This document shows, one piece after another, positions 17,901-26,090 of a stretch of 27,095 nucleotides of DNA (positions within the stretch are counted from its first letter, which is position 1; each line of letters begins with the position of its first letter). The DNA comes from a virus (Duplodnaviria; Heunggongvirae; Uroviricota; Caudoviricetes). The DNA is taken from the IMG/VR virus record IMGVR_UViG_2537562194_000033; one strand, written 5' to 3'. The translations under genes and the position numbers were made by a program. The notes under the pieces were generated by a model. It saw nothing but the letters and a program-made list of their open reading frames with translations, did no database searches and had not been told where the DNA came from.

Positions 17901-20666
17901 TTATTTTTTCTTCTCGCTATTGCCTTTGTCCTGCAACAGACCCGCCTTGTGACGTGCGCGTTCAGTGGTTTCATTGATTCTCTGTGCGTGCTCTGCGTCA
18001 CGGATGGCGCGCAGCATGTCAGAAAGCACGGTAACGGGGGGGTTCATGGTGTTCTGGTCCTGCTGAAGTGTGGATACCAGGCGTGCGGCGGCTTCGGGGT
18101 CTGATGCCCCCAGCTGTTCCAGATAGCTGGCGACCGGGTTATGGCGGATCTCCGTGCTGCTTACGCCGTGATTACGGCTCAGGCGCTGCCAGAGCTGCGT
18201 GATTCGGCTGTCCGGGCGGGTATCCGGTTTGCGTACAATTTCAAATCCCTGCGGTGCAATGATGCTGCCGTCAACGTACAGGCTGCCGCCCCGTAACAGG
18301 TGCTGCATCTGCTGTTCACCGATATGCAGGCCGAGAGATTCAGCAGATTCCCGCCATTCTTTAGCGAGTAATTCGTGGTTATCAGGCAAAGGCCGCTGCT
18401 GTTTGCGGCTCTGTGTCCAGCTCTGCATTTCATCACTGCTGTTTTTTGCCTGTTTGTCACGCAGCGAACGCATCAGCGCCCGGCGTTCGTGCCGTTTCAG
18501 TGAGCGCATCCATTCGTTCACTTCAACGCCGTCAGGGAGCTGCGGCCACGGTGCTGGCCGTTCTTCCGGCTGTTCTGCCCCGTTGTTGTCCGTTTCCTGT
18601 ACACGGGGACAGTTATTGCCACGAGTCCAAGGGGCGGCAGGGCCGCCCTGAAGGTCAAAACCATTTTCGCGGGCGCTGTCTTCCGTTTCCGGTTTACGTC
18701 TTACCAGTTTCCAGTTATCCGGATGCGTGCACACACGGGAGGATTCCCCGATGAGTGGTGACCAGATCCCGTAAATCTGTACGCTCTGTTCGCCGTAATC
18801 ATTCAGCTCATCTGCGAGGTCGTAGGCGGTGCGAATCAGGTAGTCTTTGCGTGGAACAAGTACGCCGCCCTGTTTTTCAATGTAGGAGGCAAAACACCCG
18901 GCATCAGCGGCAGCGAGTACCGCATCCATTGCATCATCCTTCAGCCGTTGCGGGCCTTCCGGGTTGCGTGCCATCTGGCTGGCAAGGCGGCGGAGTTCAC
19001 GCCATACCTGACGGGAGGGGATGCCAAAGAACTGGAACTGGCGGACCCGATGAAGACGCGCCCAGCCAATGGCGCGCTCCACGCTCTCGGCCATTGATTT
19101 TCCGGTTTCGTGGTCAACGCGTGGCTTGCCCGTTTTCGGGTCGATGCCATCTACGGCGCGGCTGTCCAGGTTTTTTCCGATGTAGGTCGCGATATAGCTG
19201 GTTGGTGTGCCTTTTGAGCCGTCGACATACTCCGCCTTAAAGCGCGGAGTAATATCATCGCCCAGTTCGTGACGATCTTCCTGAATGGCAATATCGCGGG
19301 TGATGGCCACGATGCTGTCGATTTCTTCCGGATGAGCAAAGACCATCATATGCCAGTGCACGGTGCCGTCATGGTGAGGCTCCACCGTGCGGATGCCATA
19401 CCAGCGCAGGCCGTCGCGGTTCAGTTTTTTGCGGACCGCCGCAAAAAACGTGTTAACCAGGTAATCGCTGGAGTCGCGCATGGTGGCCCCGTTCCATTTG
19501 GGGTTCGGATGACCGTTCTCCGTTGTTGCGTGGTATTTTGACGGGCAGGTGACAGTCAGAAACACCGCTTTGTCACCACGGGCTTCGGCCAGAAGTTCCA
19601 GCCCCTTCATGGTGGCCATCATTTCTGCCTTACGGTGAACCGGGTTACTTACTCCCGCGTAATACACTGTCTCGAGATCAATCGTGAACCCGTCTTCATT
19701 TTCCAGCATGAAACTTTTCAGGAAATCGCGTGTTTTCTCGCGCTGTGCGCGAAACTCGCTTAACGCGTCCTGGCTCAGATAGGGCGATGTTTTTCTGGAA
19801 ACCAGACAGGCGGCGCGGAGTTGTTCTTCTCTCCACTCGCAACGTAACAGCCACAGTTTGCGTTTCCACCATTCCGCACAGGTCAGGCGAAGGATTGCGC
19901 CCGGCAGCAGCTCCGTGTCCGGTTCGTTCCTCCGGTCTTTGTCTGTTGTCAGTGCGTCATAATGTGGAGGCATGGCGTGCAGGTGTAACGCCATGCGGGC
20001 CAGCATCTGATACGCCTTCAGCGTTACATCCATGGTCAGTTCGCCATCGGTCGCGCCAAAGCCATCGCAGAGTTTTTCGAAGGTGCTGCTGAACATCGCC
20101 GCCGTCATGGTGGCCAGTGTCTGTATCTGGTGTTTGTTGAGCTGCGGCAGGTAAAGCAAATCGTCCAGGCGTTCGCGTCCGGCAAGGGAGCGATAACCCT
20201 GTGTCAGCCAGCGGTGATCGGTGCGCTCCAGACGTTCGAATATTTTGCGCAGGTTTCCGCGCGCGTAGCGTTCAGCCTGCCAGCTCTTTTTGCCTTTCTG
20301 ACGATCGGCTTCCTGTTTTTTGCGCAGGAAGGAGAGGTGGCGAATAAGCGGATCGCGCAGATAGGACGGCAGCAGGCGCAGCGAGGCCATGGCTTCATCC
20401 ACCGCGCCGCGTGCCTGTTTTCTGGCATCTCCTGCCAGTGTGATGGTTTTGTCCTGTTTTTCCTGTGCGTCCAGGCTTTTATTAATCAGGTTGCCCAGCG
20501 GCGTTGCGGAGAACGCCGCATCAGCCATTTCCTGGCGGCGCTCGTTCTCTACCCGGTAGGCATCCAGCCAGGAGGAAAGCGCGGATTCAGGAGCGGGGAT
20601 CCCCGTTCCTTCACGCCCCACTGCGTGGCGCGGTTGTTGCCAGTCCCTGATGTACTCTGCCGTCAT
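17901..20666 (-). CDS. A: replication initiation endonuclease gpA (rolling-circle initiator)
   Basis: 921 aa. Contains HHDGTVHWHMMVFA (HUH-like metal site) and YIATYIGK (catalytic Tyr region), as expected for the P2 A family. Confidence 0.9.
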   Translation of the reverse strand: MTAEYIRDWQQPRHAVGREGTGIPAPESALSSWLDAYRVENERRQEMADAAFSATPLGNLINKSLDAQEKQDKTITLAGDARKQARGAVDEAMASLRLLPSYLRDPLIRHLSFLRKKQEADRQKGKKSWQAERYARGNLRKIFERLERTDHRWLTQGYRSLAGRERLDDLLYLPQLNKHQIQTLATMTAAMFSSTFEKLCDGFGATDGELTMDVTLKAYQMLARMALHLHAMPPHYDALTTDKDRRNEPDTELLPGAILRLTCAEWWKRKLWLLRCEWREEQLRAACLVSRKTSPYLSQDALSEFRAQREKTRDFLKSFMLENEDGFTIDLETVYYAGVSNPVHRKAEMMATMKGLELLAEARGDKAVFLTVTCPSKYHATTENGHPNPKWNGATMRDSSDYLVNTFFAAVRKKLNRDGLRWYGIRTVEPHHDGTVHWHMMVFAHPEEIDSIVAITRDIAIQEDRHELGDDITPRFKAEYVDGSKGTPTSYIATYIGKNLDSRAVDGIDPKTGKPRVDHETGKSMAESVERAIGWARLHRVRQFQFFGIPSRQVWRELRRLASQMARNPEGPQRLKDDAMDAVLAAADAGCFASYIEKQGGVLVPRKDYLIRTAYDLADELNDYGEQSVQIYGIWSPLIGESSRVCTHPDNWKLVRRKPETEDSARENGFDLQGGPAAPWTRGNNCPRVQETDNNGAEQPEERPAPWPQLPDGVEVNEWMRSLKRHERRALMRSLRDKQAKNSSDEMQSWTQSRKQQRPLPDNHELLAKEWRESAESLGLHIGEQQMQHLLRGGSLYVDGSIIAPQGFEIVRKPDTRPDSRITQLWQRLSRNHGVSSTEIRHNPVASYLEQLGASDPEAAARLVSTLQQDQNTMNPPVTVLSDMLRAIRDAEHAQRINETTERARHKAGLLQDKGNSEKKK

Positions 20667-20672
20667 AGTGAT

Positions 20673-21038
20673 TTACTTCGTCATGCCATTCAGGGTGTCG
20701 CGGCAGACTGTAGCCAGCCGCTGAATTTCCAGCACGGTGTCTTCTGTGTCGGCATGGCGATGTGTGATGCGGATGCTGTCGGCAATCACATCGACGATTG
20801 CAGAGGATGGGCGCTGGTAAATGCCAATAACGGACGGGGTGCCACCTTCAATGCGGTAAAGCCTGTAATTTCCCTCGTGGCTGTCAATCATGTAGCGACC
20901 ATCAATAACAATCTTTCCGTCAGCGAGCTGCGGTACAGGCAGGGATTTCAGGTACATGTCATAACGATCACGCACGCGAGCGGCAAGATCACGTTCTGTG
21001 TTGAGCAGGTATTCAAGAAAGTCGTTGGCGAGAATCAT
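20673..21038 (-). CDS. hypothetical early-operon protein
   Basis: 121 aa, ATG at 21038, stop 7 nt before the A start. Position matches the small orfs upstream of A in P2-like phages. Confidence 0.6.
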   Translation of the reverse strand: MILANDFLEYLLNTERDLAARVRDRYDMYLKSLPVPQLADGKIVIDGRYMIDSHEGNYRLYRIEGGTPSVIGIYQRPSSAIVDVIADSIRITHRHADTEDTVLEIQRLATVCRDTLNGMTK

Positions 21039-21110
21039 TGCGGCAATCCTCTTGTTACAGATGTGCGAAGGCCTCCCGCCGCAAGGTGCAGGAAAGGCCC
21101 GGAACAGGAG

Positions 21111-21341
21111 TTAATGGAGTTTGTTTTGCTGCTGGATGAGCTGTTGAAGCTCGTGCAGATCATCCGCCAGATAGCTGAAAACAGAGGCGGAATAAATGTT
21201 TGATAGTGCGTGGCTGCGCTCATGCAGCATATTGATGTGCATGATTTGCGCGACGCGTGATGCGCGGGAAAGTCTGCGGTTGATTTCAGTCTGGATGTGA
21301 CGACGCTCCGCGATAGCGCGGTGTGGTTTGCGGTTTGCCAT
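21111..21341 (-). CDS. hypothetical basic protein (Arg/His-rich)
   Basis: 76 aa, ATG at 21341 with GGGG upstream. Function unknown. Confidence 0.5.
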   Translation of the reverse strand: MANRKPHRAIAERRHIQTEINRRLSRASRVAQIMHINMLHERSHALSNIYSASVFSYLADDLHELQQLIQQQNKLH

Positions 21342-21443
21342 GGTGTGGCCCCTTGTGTAGTAAGTTGTGAAAACTCACCATCCAGAGCTGCGAAACTGTG
21401 GGGGGCGAGACGTACGAGGTTCGCAGTACCGGCTACACAAGAA

Positions 21444-21462
21444 CCCGGCCCGACCGAAGTCG
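21444..21462 (-). ncRNA. UUCG-tetraloop hairpin inside a structured non-coding island
   Basis: On the transcribed (minus) strand, CCGAC-UUCG-GUCGG with flanking GG/CC extension, sitting in a 320-bp non-coding gap (21342-21663) rich in dyad symmetry. Confidence 0.35.
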
Positions 21463-21530
21463 GCCCCGTACGCCCCGCCATAATTCTGACGCGAAAAAAA
21501 CGTGGCAATACAGTACGCACAAAAAAACCG

Positions 21531-21551
21531 CTGGCGCGGTTGTGCGCTTGT
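21531..21551 (-). terminator. putative intrinsic terminator/attenuator within the early operon
   Basis: On the minus strand, ACCGC-GCCA-GCGGT followed by a 7-U run (the A run at 21531-21537 on the plus strand). The stem is short. Confidence 0.35.
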
Positions 21552-21663
21552 GTAGTCAGCAGGCTGCGAAACCCGGCACCCGTTTTGTGAGGTGCAGCGG
21601 AAATGTAACCTGACTGATTGCGGCATGGCAAGCGGTTTTTTTGTGTGTGCATGTTCTGGTTTC

Positions 21664-21963
21664 TTAGTGGTTCAGAAAAAAATCAAAAACCTTGTCAATG
21701 CGTTGCAGCAGCTCTTGCTGTATTGCTTCCGGCGTTTCCGGTTCGCCTGGCGCCTCCAACGTCGCGCAGAAATCCTCGATTTCATGACGGAGCGTCAGGC
21801 GAATGGCGAGAGGTGTGGTTCTGGCGTGCTCCAGCTCATCCAGCAGCGCCAGCACAGCAGACGGCGAGAGCATTGCGCGAAACGCCAGTAATTTTTGAGG
21901 CGTTGCCATTCGTTGCAGGTCAGTCGCCAGTTCGCGTAATTCCTGGTGGTTGATGGCGCTCAT
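21664..21963 (-). CDS. hypothetical early protein
   Basis: 99 aa, ATG at 21963 overlapping the upstream stop (ATGA). Confidence 0.55.
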   Translation of the reverse strand: MSAINHQELRELATDLQRMATPQKLLAFRAMLSPSAVLALLDELEHARTTPLAIRLTLRHEIEDFCATLEAPGEPETPEAIQQELLQRIDKVFDFFLNH

Positions 21964-22205
21964 GCTCTGGCTTCCTTTAGTAGCTGGTTAAACATGTTGG
22001 TAAGTGGATTGCCGCACCCGAACGGCATCGGGTTTATCTGGTAAGAAAAGCGACCGCCTGTTTTGCGCTCTTTTCTTATGACTGAACCGCTGCGCCAGAG
22101 TCGGCGTAACTCCGCATTAATGGCTGTGGTTGGGGTATTCAGTGCTGCGGCGATTTCTCCACCACTACACCCCGGATTGGCGGCGATATAGTCCAGAATG
22201 GTCAT
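21960..22205 (-). CDS. hypothetical small protein, possible winged-helix DNA-binding
   Basis: 81 aa, ATG at 22205 overlapping the upstream stop (ATGA). Contains an HTH-like GEIAAALNTPTTAINAELRRL segment. Confidence 0.55.
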   Translation of the reverse strand: MTILDYIAANPGCSGGEIAAALNTPTTAINAELRRLWRSGSVIRKERKTGGRFSYQINPMPFGCGNPLTNMFNQLLKEARA

Positions 22206-22405
22206 CTGCGTGACTCCTGTACCTGTCGGATAAGGTTCACCCGCACCACATTCGTGGCGCAGAAGTAAGTGCCGTCAGTGAGATAGATGTGATGTGCATC
22301 CTTTTCTGAACGGTGTTTGTCGATTGTGGTAATCAGGCGTTCGTCGACTTCGTATTCACGCCCTCTGGAGGTAAAACGAACGACAGGAAAATGCTTAATT
22401 GCCAT
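22202..22405 (-). CDS. hypothetical early protein
   Basis: 67 aa, ATG at 22405, in the translationally coupled chain. Confidence 0.5.
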   Translation of the reverse strand: MAIKHFPVVRFTSRGREYEVDERLITTIDKHRSEKDAHHIYLTDGTYFCATNVVRVNLIRQVQESRR

Positions 22406-22490
22406 TACGCCTCCTTGGCGTGTGCGAATACCTCCGCGAATGCGGATTGTTTTACATTTTCTTATTTAATCTGTGGTTTTATTTGCTCTG

Positions 22491-22604
22491 TTATTCGCCA
22501 GTGAAAAAGCGTTCAATCTTTTTTATTGAATGAATAATTCGCATAATCCCAATAGCGCAGGCCACCGAAATAATCAGAACAAGCCATGAGATAAATATAC
22601 TCAT
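22491..22604 (-). CDS. small hydrophobic peptide (37 aa), not in ORF track
   Basis: ATG at 22604 overlaps the stop of the upstream gene (ATGA). Translation MSIFISWLVLIISVACAIGIMRIIHSIKKIERFFTGE is a single transmembrane helix with a basic tail. TAA at 22493-22491. Confidence 0.45.
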   Translation of the reverse strand: MSIFISWLVLIISVACAIGIMRIIHSIKKIERFFTGE

Positions 22605-22843
22605 GCGATATTCCCCAGCTTATACGGTTCAATATGTTCCCCGCACTCTGCGGCACAGATCAGCTCGGAAAGTTCGTTAAGTGCATCCAGATCATCAGCG
22701 TAAAAAGCCACGTCATACAGACTTCGGATTGCTCTGGTCAATGAGTCACGGGCCGCACGTTCAGCATGAGCGCCTGATGCACTTAAGCGAAAATAAAAAC
22801 GCTCAAGTGCTTTGTTAATGAGAGTTTTATATTCTTTGCCCAT
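22601..22843 (-). CDS. hypothetical early protein
   Basis: 80 aa from ATG at 22843 (the track start at 22846 is a GTG). Confidence 0.55.
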   Translation of the reverse strand: MGKEYKTLINKALERFYFRLSASGAHAERAARDSLTRAIRSLYDVAFYADDLDALNELSELICAAECGEHIEPYKLGNIA

Positions 22844-22854
22844 CACAACGCCCC

Positions 22855-23142
22855 TTAATCTGCTTTCTGTATTTCAGCTTCTGAATCCATACAAATAATT
22901 TCGATATAGGGTTCATCGCCATTAACCTGGCGTGCCTTTTCAGCTTCGCTAATGATTTCTCGTACGGTCTGGTACGGAAGTTCCACAAGCAGTCGCGTGC
23001 CGTTCAGATAAACGTAAGTGGCTTCGTCGGCTCCGTTTTTACCCGCCGGAGTTACTCCGTCAATAGCGGATGCACGTAATAACAGTTCACCGCGAAAATC
23101 AATAAAACGGATAAATACACCTTGTGCATGGTCTTTGGTCAT
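22855..23142 (-). CDS. hypothetical early protein
   Basis: Start set to ATG at 23142 (MTKDHAQGVF...), 95 aa, with AGGTG upstream. The longer track ORF from 23256 would overlap the upstream gene by about 100 nt. Confidence 0.55.
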   Translation of the reverse strand: MTKDHAQGVFIRFIDFRGELLLRASAIDGVTPAGKNGADEATYVYLNGTRLLVELPYQTVREIISEAEKARQVNGDEPYIEIICMDSEAEIQKAD

Positions 23143-23152
23143 AAAGCACCTG

Positions 23153-23494
23153 TTATAAATCAGCCTGTTTAATAAAACTTTGCCCGCGAAGCAGACGATC
23201 AACCGTGCGAAGTGCTTCGTATAATGTGAAATCCTGCCCGAACTGATTGTCGCCACTGCTTAGAGCAAAAATGCGGTTTCCGGTAAACGGATTGCGTGGG
23301 CATTTGTGGATCACGATTCCAGCTTTCTCAATCAGCCAGGCATGCTCGCCGATTTGTTTTACTGGGTAGCCATCCGGCGTTGCGTGTGTATCACTCAGGC
23401 TGTAGCGGATGTTGCTGCGTGATGCACTGGTAGCAAAACGGTTAGCGTGGCGTTCTGCACCATTGCGAAAGCGTGAATTACGTTGCTGTTTCAT
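23153..23494 (-). CDS. hypothetical early protein
   Basis: 113 aa, ATG at 23494. Confidence 0.55.
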   Translation of the reverse strand: MKQQRNSRFRNGAERHANRFATSASRSNIRYSLSDTHATPDGYPVKQIGEHAWLIEKAGIVIHKCPRNPFTGNRIFALSSGDNQFGQDFTLYEALRTVDRLLRGQSFIKQADL

Positions 23495-23495
23495 G

Positions 23496-23603
23496 TTAAA
23501 GACTCTGTACAGATTTAATTATTCCGGCATAGAGGCCGAACTCAAAATATTTGCGATTAAATCGCATCGCATTGTTTTCACGTTTTGCGGACTGCTGGTT
23601 CAT
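23496..23603 (-). CDS. possible small protein (35 aa), not in ORF track
   Basis: ATG at 23603 with GGAGG 9 nt upstream. The stop is 1 nt before the next gene's ATG. Translation MNQQSAKRENNAMRFNRKYFEFGLYAGIIKSVQSL. Confidence 0.35.
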   Translation of the reverse strand: MNQQSAKRENNAMRFNRKYFEFGLYAGIIKSVQSL

Positions 23604-23746
23604 TTTCGTTTGCCTCCGCACATGAGAATTGCGCCGCTTAAGAGGTAACCGAAGTTAATTGATAGTATTACAATTAACATAAGGTCCAATTTGTCCATGC
23701 CACACATAATTACCCTCATTGCAGTAGTTGTGGGTTGTCAGGTTTC

Positions 23747-23953
23747 TCACCCGATAAACCAGATAACAAACGCTATAAACATCGCCCCAATAGCTGCCGG
23801 GAAAAGTCCTTTGGTATAAGCGGCGATATATTCAATGCTGAGTTCAATAAAGCGTTCTTCATGTCCCGTTAACTTGCGAAACAAATAGATCTCTATTACG
23901 CCTATCTCAATAAAAACAAGGGTCAGAATGGCGCTGATGATATGGCTGGTCAT
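23747..23953 (-). CDS. small membrane protein (2 predicted transmembrane helices)
   Basis: 68 aa, ATG at 23953, 6 nt after the cox stop. Strongly hydrophobic (ILTLVFIEIGVIEIYLF, AAIGAMFIAFVIWFIG). Confidence 0.6.
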   Translation of the reverse strand: MTSHIISAILTLVFIEIGVIEIYLFRKLTGHEERFIELSIEYIAAYTKGLFPAAIGAMFIAFVIWFIG

Positions 23954-23959
23954 TTATGA

Positions 23960-24149
23960 CTAAAGTCCCAGCCACAACAACCATGCGTCGCGGCGTTCTT
24001 TCGGTTGCTCAAAAAACGCTTTGCGCATGCCTTCGTTAAATGCTGGCAGATATACCCAGTTTTCTGATGCACGCGTCTTTACTGAACCTGGTTTCACAAA
24101 GTCAATTGTCGGTAGCTTTGCTGCGTCAATCATGGTTCTGACTGTGGAT
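23960..24149 (-). pseudogene. cox: cox (excisionase/early repressor) 3' fragment, separated from its 5' part by an IS insertion
   Basis: Joining 25560-25460 to 24149-23960 and removing one copy of the GAT duplication gives an intact 95-aa ORF: MSESELGGFIQVAPYPLEAVPYQLFAKMIGRKESTVRTMIDAAKLPTIDFVKPGSVKTRASENWVYLPAFNEGMRKAFFEQPKERRDAWLLWLGL. It resembles P2 Cox as recalled. Confidence 0.8.
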
Positions 24150-24203
24150 TGAACCGCCCCGGAAATCCTGGAGACTAAACTCCCTGAGAAAGAGGTAAAC
24201 AGG

Positions 24204-24530
24204 ATGACTAAAAATACTCGTTTTTCCCCCGAAGTCCGTCAGCGGGCGATTCGTATGGTTCTGGAAAGTCAGGATGAATATGACTCACAGTGGGCGGCAA
24301 TTTGTTCCATTGCCCCAAAGATTGGCTGTACGCCGGAGACTCTGCGTGTCTGGGTTCGCCAGCATGAGCGGGATACCGGGGGCGGTGATGGTGGGCTCAC
24401 CAGCGCTGAACGTCAGCGTCTGAAAGAGCTGGAACGTGAAAATCGTGAACTGCGCCGCAGTAACGATATCCTTCGCCAGGCTTCCGCTTATTTTGCGAAG
24501 GCGGAGTTCGACCGCCTCTGGAAAAAATGA
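24204..24530 (+). CDS. IS3-family transposase OrfA (HTH and leucine-zipper part)
   Basis: 108 aa. The -1 frame relationship to orfB at the A6 run (24522-24527) fits the programmed frameshift typical of IS3-family elements. Confidence 0.9.
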   Translation: MTKNTRFSPEVRQRAIRMVLESQDEYDSQWAAICSIAPKIGCTPETLRVWVRQHERDTGGGDGGLTSAERQRLKELERENRELRRSNDILRQASAYFAKAEFDRLWKK

Positions 24531-25417
24531 TGCCACTGCTGGATAAGCTGCGTGAGCAGTACGGGGTCGGACCGGTATGCAGCGAACTGCATATTGCCCC
24601 GTCAACGTATTACCATTGTCAGCAACAGCGACATCATCCGGATAAACGCAGTGCCCGTGCGCAGCACGACGACTGGCTGAAGAGAGAGATACAGCGCGTA
24701 TACGATGAAAATCATCAGGTGTACGGTGTGCGTAAAGTCTGGCGTCAGTTGTTACGGGAAGGAATCAGGGTGGCCAGATGTACAGTGGCACGTCTCATGG
24801 CGGTTATGGGACTTGCCGGTGTTCTCCGGGGTAAAAAGGTCCGTACGACCATCAGCCGGAAAGCCGTTGCCGCAGGCGACCGCGTAAACCGTCAGTTCGT
24901 GGCAGAACGACCTGACCAGCTGTGGGTGGCTGATTTTACTTACGTCAGCACATGGCAGGGCTTCGTCTATGTGGCGTTTATCATTGATGTGTTTGCCGGA
25001 TACATCGTGGGGTGGCGGGTCTCATCGTCTATGGAAACGACATTCGTGCTGGATGCGCTGGAGCAGGCGTTGTGGGCCCGTCGTCCGTCTGGCACCATCC
25101 ATCACAGCGATAAAGGCTCTCAGTATGTGTCACTGGCCTATACGGAGCGACTAAAAGAAGCCGGATTACTGGCATCAACAGGGAGTACAGGCGACTCGTA
25201 TGACAACGCGATGGCTGAGAGCATCAATGGTCTTTACAAAGCGGAGGTAATACACCGTAAGAGCTGGAAAAACCGTGCAGAAGTGGAACTGGCCACACTA
25301 ACGTGGGTGGACTGGTATAACAATCGACGATTGCTGGGAAGGCTGGGCCATACTCCTCCGGCAGAAGCAGAAAAAGCTTATTATGCTTCCATCGGAAACG
25401 ATGATCTGGCAGCCTGA
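24527..25417 (+). CDS. IS3-family transposase OrfB (DDE catalytic domain)
   Basis: 296 aa with an rve-type integrase core (WVADFTYV...HSDKGSQY...[14 protein letters not shown]). Confidence 0.9.
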   Translation: MMPLLDKLREQYGVGPVCSELHIAPSTYYHCQQQRHHPDKRSARAQHDDWLKREIQRVYDENHQVYGVRKVWRQLLREGIRVARCTVARLMAVMGLAGVLRGKKVRTTISRKAVAAGDRVNRQFVAERPDQLWVADFTYVSTWQGFVYVAFIIDVFAGYIVGWRVSSSMETTFVLDALEQALWARRPSGTIHHSDKGSQYVSLAYTERLKEAGLLASTGSTGDSYDNAMAESINGLYKAEVIHRKSWKNRAEVELATLTWVDWYNNRRLLGRLGHTPPAEAEKAYYASIGNDDLAA

Positions 25418-25459
25418 GTTCACAGATAAAACACTCTCCAGGAAACCCGGGGCGGTTCA

Positions 25460-25560
25460 GATTCCTTGCGGCCGATCATCTTGGCGAATAGTTGATATGG
25501 CACCGCTTCAAGTGGATATGGTGCTACCTGAATGAACCCCCCAAGCTCTGATTCGCTCAT
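25460..25560 (-). pseudogene. cox: cox 5' fragment
   Basis: ATG at 25560 with GGGAG 9 nt upstream, encoding MSESELGGFIQVAPYPLEAVPYQLFAKMIGRKE up to the IS junction. Confidence 0.8.
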
Positions 25561-25673
25561 TGTGGTAATCTCCCTAATTCGTTCGAATGGCTCAAAATGG
25601 CTTATATCGGCTTATTTGAGTGTTTTTATGTTTGTGCCCGATGTGGCATGTTGCGATGGAGGATATGCCCGAT
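25561..25673. promoter_or_regulatory. early control region between cox and C (face-to-face promoters and operator repeats)
   Basis: 113-bp gap between divergently oriented cox and C. Contains 15-bp direct repeats TGCCCGAT(G/A)TGGCAT at 25635-25649 and 25666-25680, plus shorter AATGGCT and GGCTTAT direct repeats. P2 C repressor is known to bind direct repeats. Promoter hexamers were not assigned. Confidence 0.5.
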
Positions 25674-25994
25674 ATGGCATCTTTGTCAAGCATGGGTGAA
25701 AAATTTCGCCTGATTCGTGAAGCAGAAGGTATGACCCGCCAGGAGTTTGCGGATTGTGTTGGGCTGCCTTATGGGACGGTAACTAACTATGAGGTGAGGG
25801 GGAAGCAAGTAACAGAGGGTGCCTTACTTAAGGTTACGAAACACCCTAAATTTAAGAAGTATGCTTATTGGTTATCAACAGATGAAACGATGCCGGAGGT
25901 CGGGCAAATTTCTCCGGCTCTCTCTCTTGATGGTTCCTGCAATTCGGAGGGAGATCGCGTTTCAACCGAAACAATCCAAAAATTATCCCGCTGA
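25674..25994 (+). CDS. C: immunity repressor C
   Basis: Start set to ATG at 25674 (MASLSSMGEKFRLIREAEGMTRQEFADCVGLPYGT...), with GGAGGA 10 nt upstream. The HTH region and PKFKKYAYWL / GQISPAL blocks resemble P2 C as recalled. The track ORF begins at an upstream GTG. Confidence 0.8.
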   Translation: MASLSSMGEKFRLIREAEGMTRQEFADCVGLPYGTVTNYEVRGKQVTEGALLKVTKHPKFKKYAYWLSTDETMPEVGQISPALSLDGSCNSEGDRVSTETIQKLSR

Positions 25995-26090
25995 GGCCAG
26001 AAAACTGGTTAGACCTGCTTTTTGTCTGGTCTGATTATTGCTGGAAAGAGGCTGGAGAAATTGTAGAGCGGTTCATTGGAGGGCTTCGTA

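Larger units (their letters stand above)
24150..25459 (+). mobile_element. IS3-family insertion sequence, IS629-like (1310 bp)
   Basis: Imperfect terminal inverted repeats TGAACCGCCCCGG... on the left and ...CCGGGGCGGTTCA on the right, flanked by a 3-bp direct duplication GAT (24147-24149 and 25460-25462). Two overlapping transposase ORFs with the orfA N-terminus [23 protein letters not shown], which I recognise as IS629/IS1203-type. Confidence 0.9.

Noticed and set aside
20130-21203. 357-aa plus-strand ORF
   Set aside because: Lies antisense to the conserved replication gene A and the gene upstream of it, has no ribosome-binding site, and its translation is low-complexity. Treated as a shadow ORF.
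21400-21440. GGTTCG motif as a tRNA T-arm
   Set aside because: No acceptor, D or anticodon arms could be folded around it. Better explained as part of the dyad-rich regulatory island.
21035-21652. 205-aa minus-strand ORF spanning the non-coding island
   Set aside because: Overlaps the better-supported 76-aa gene in another frame, is Ser/Cys/Arg-rich and low-complexity, and covers the hairpin-rich region. More likely non-coding.
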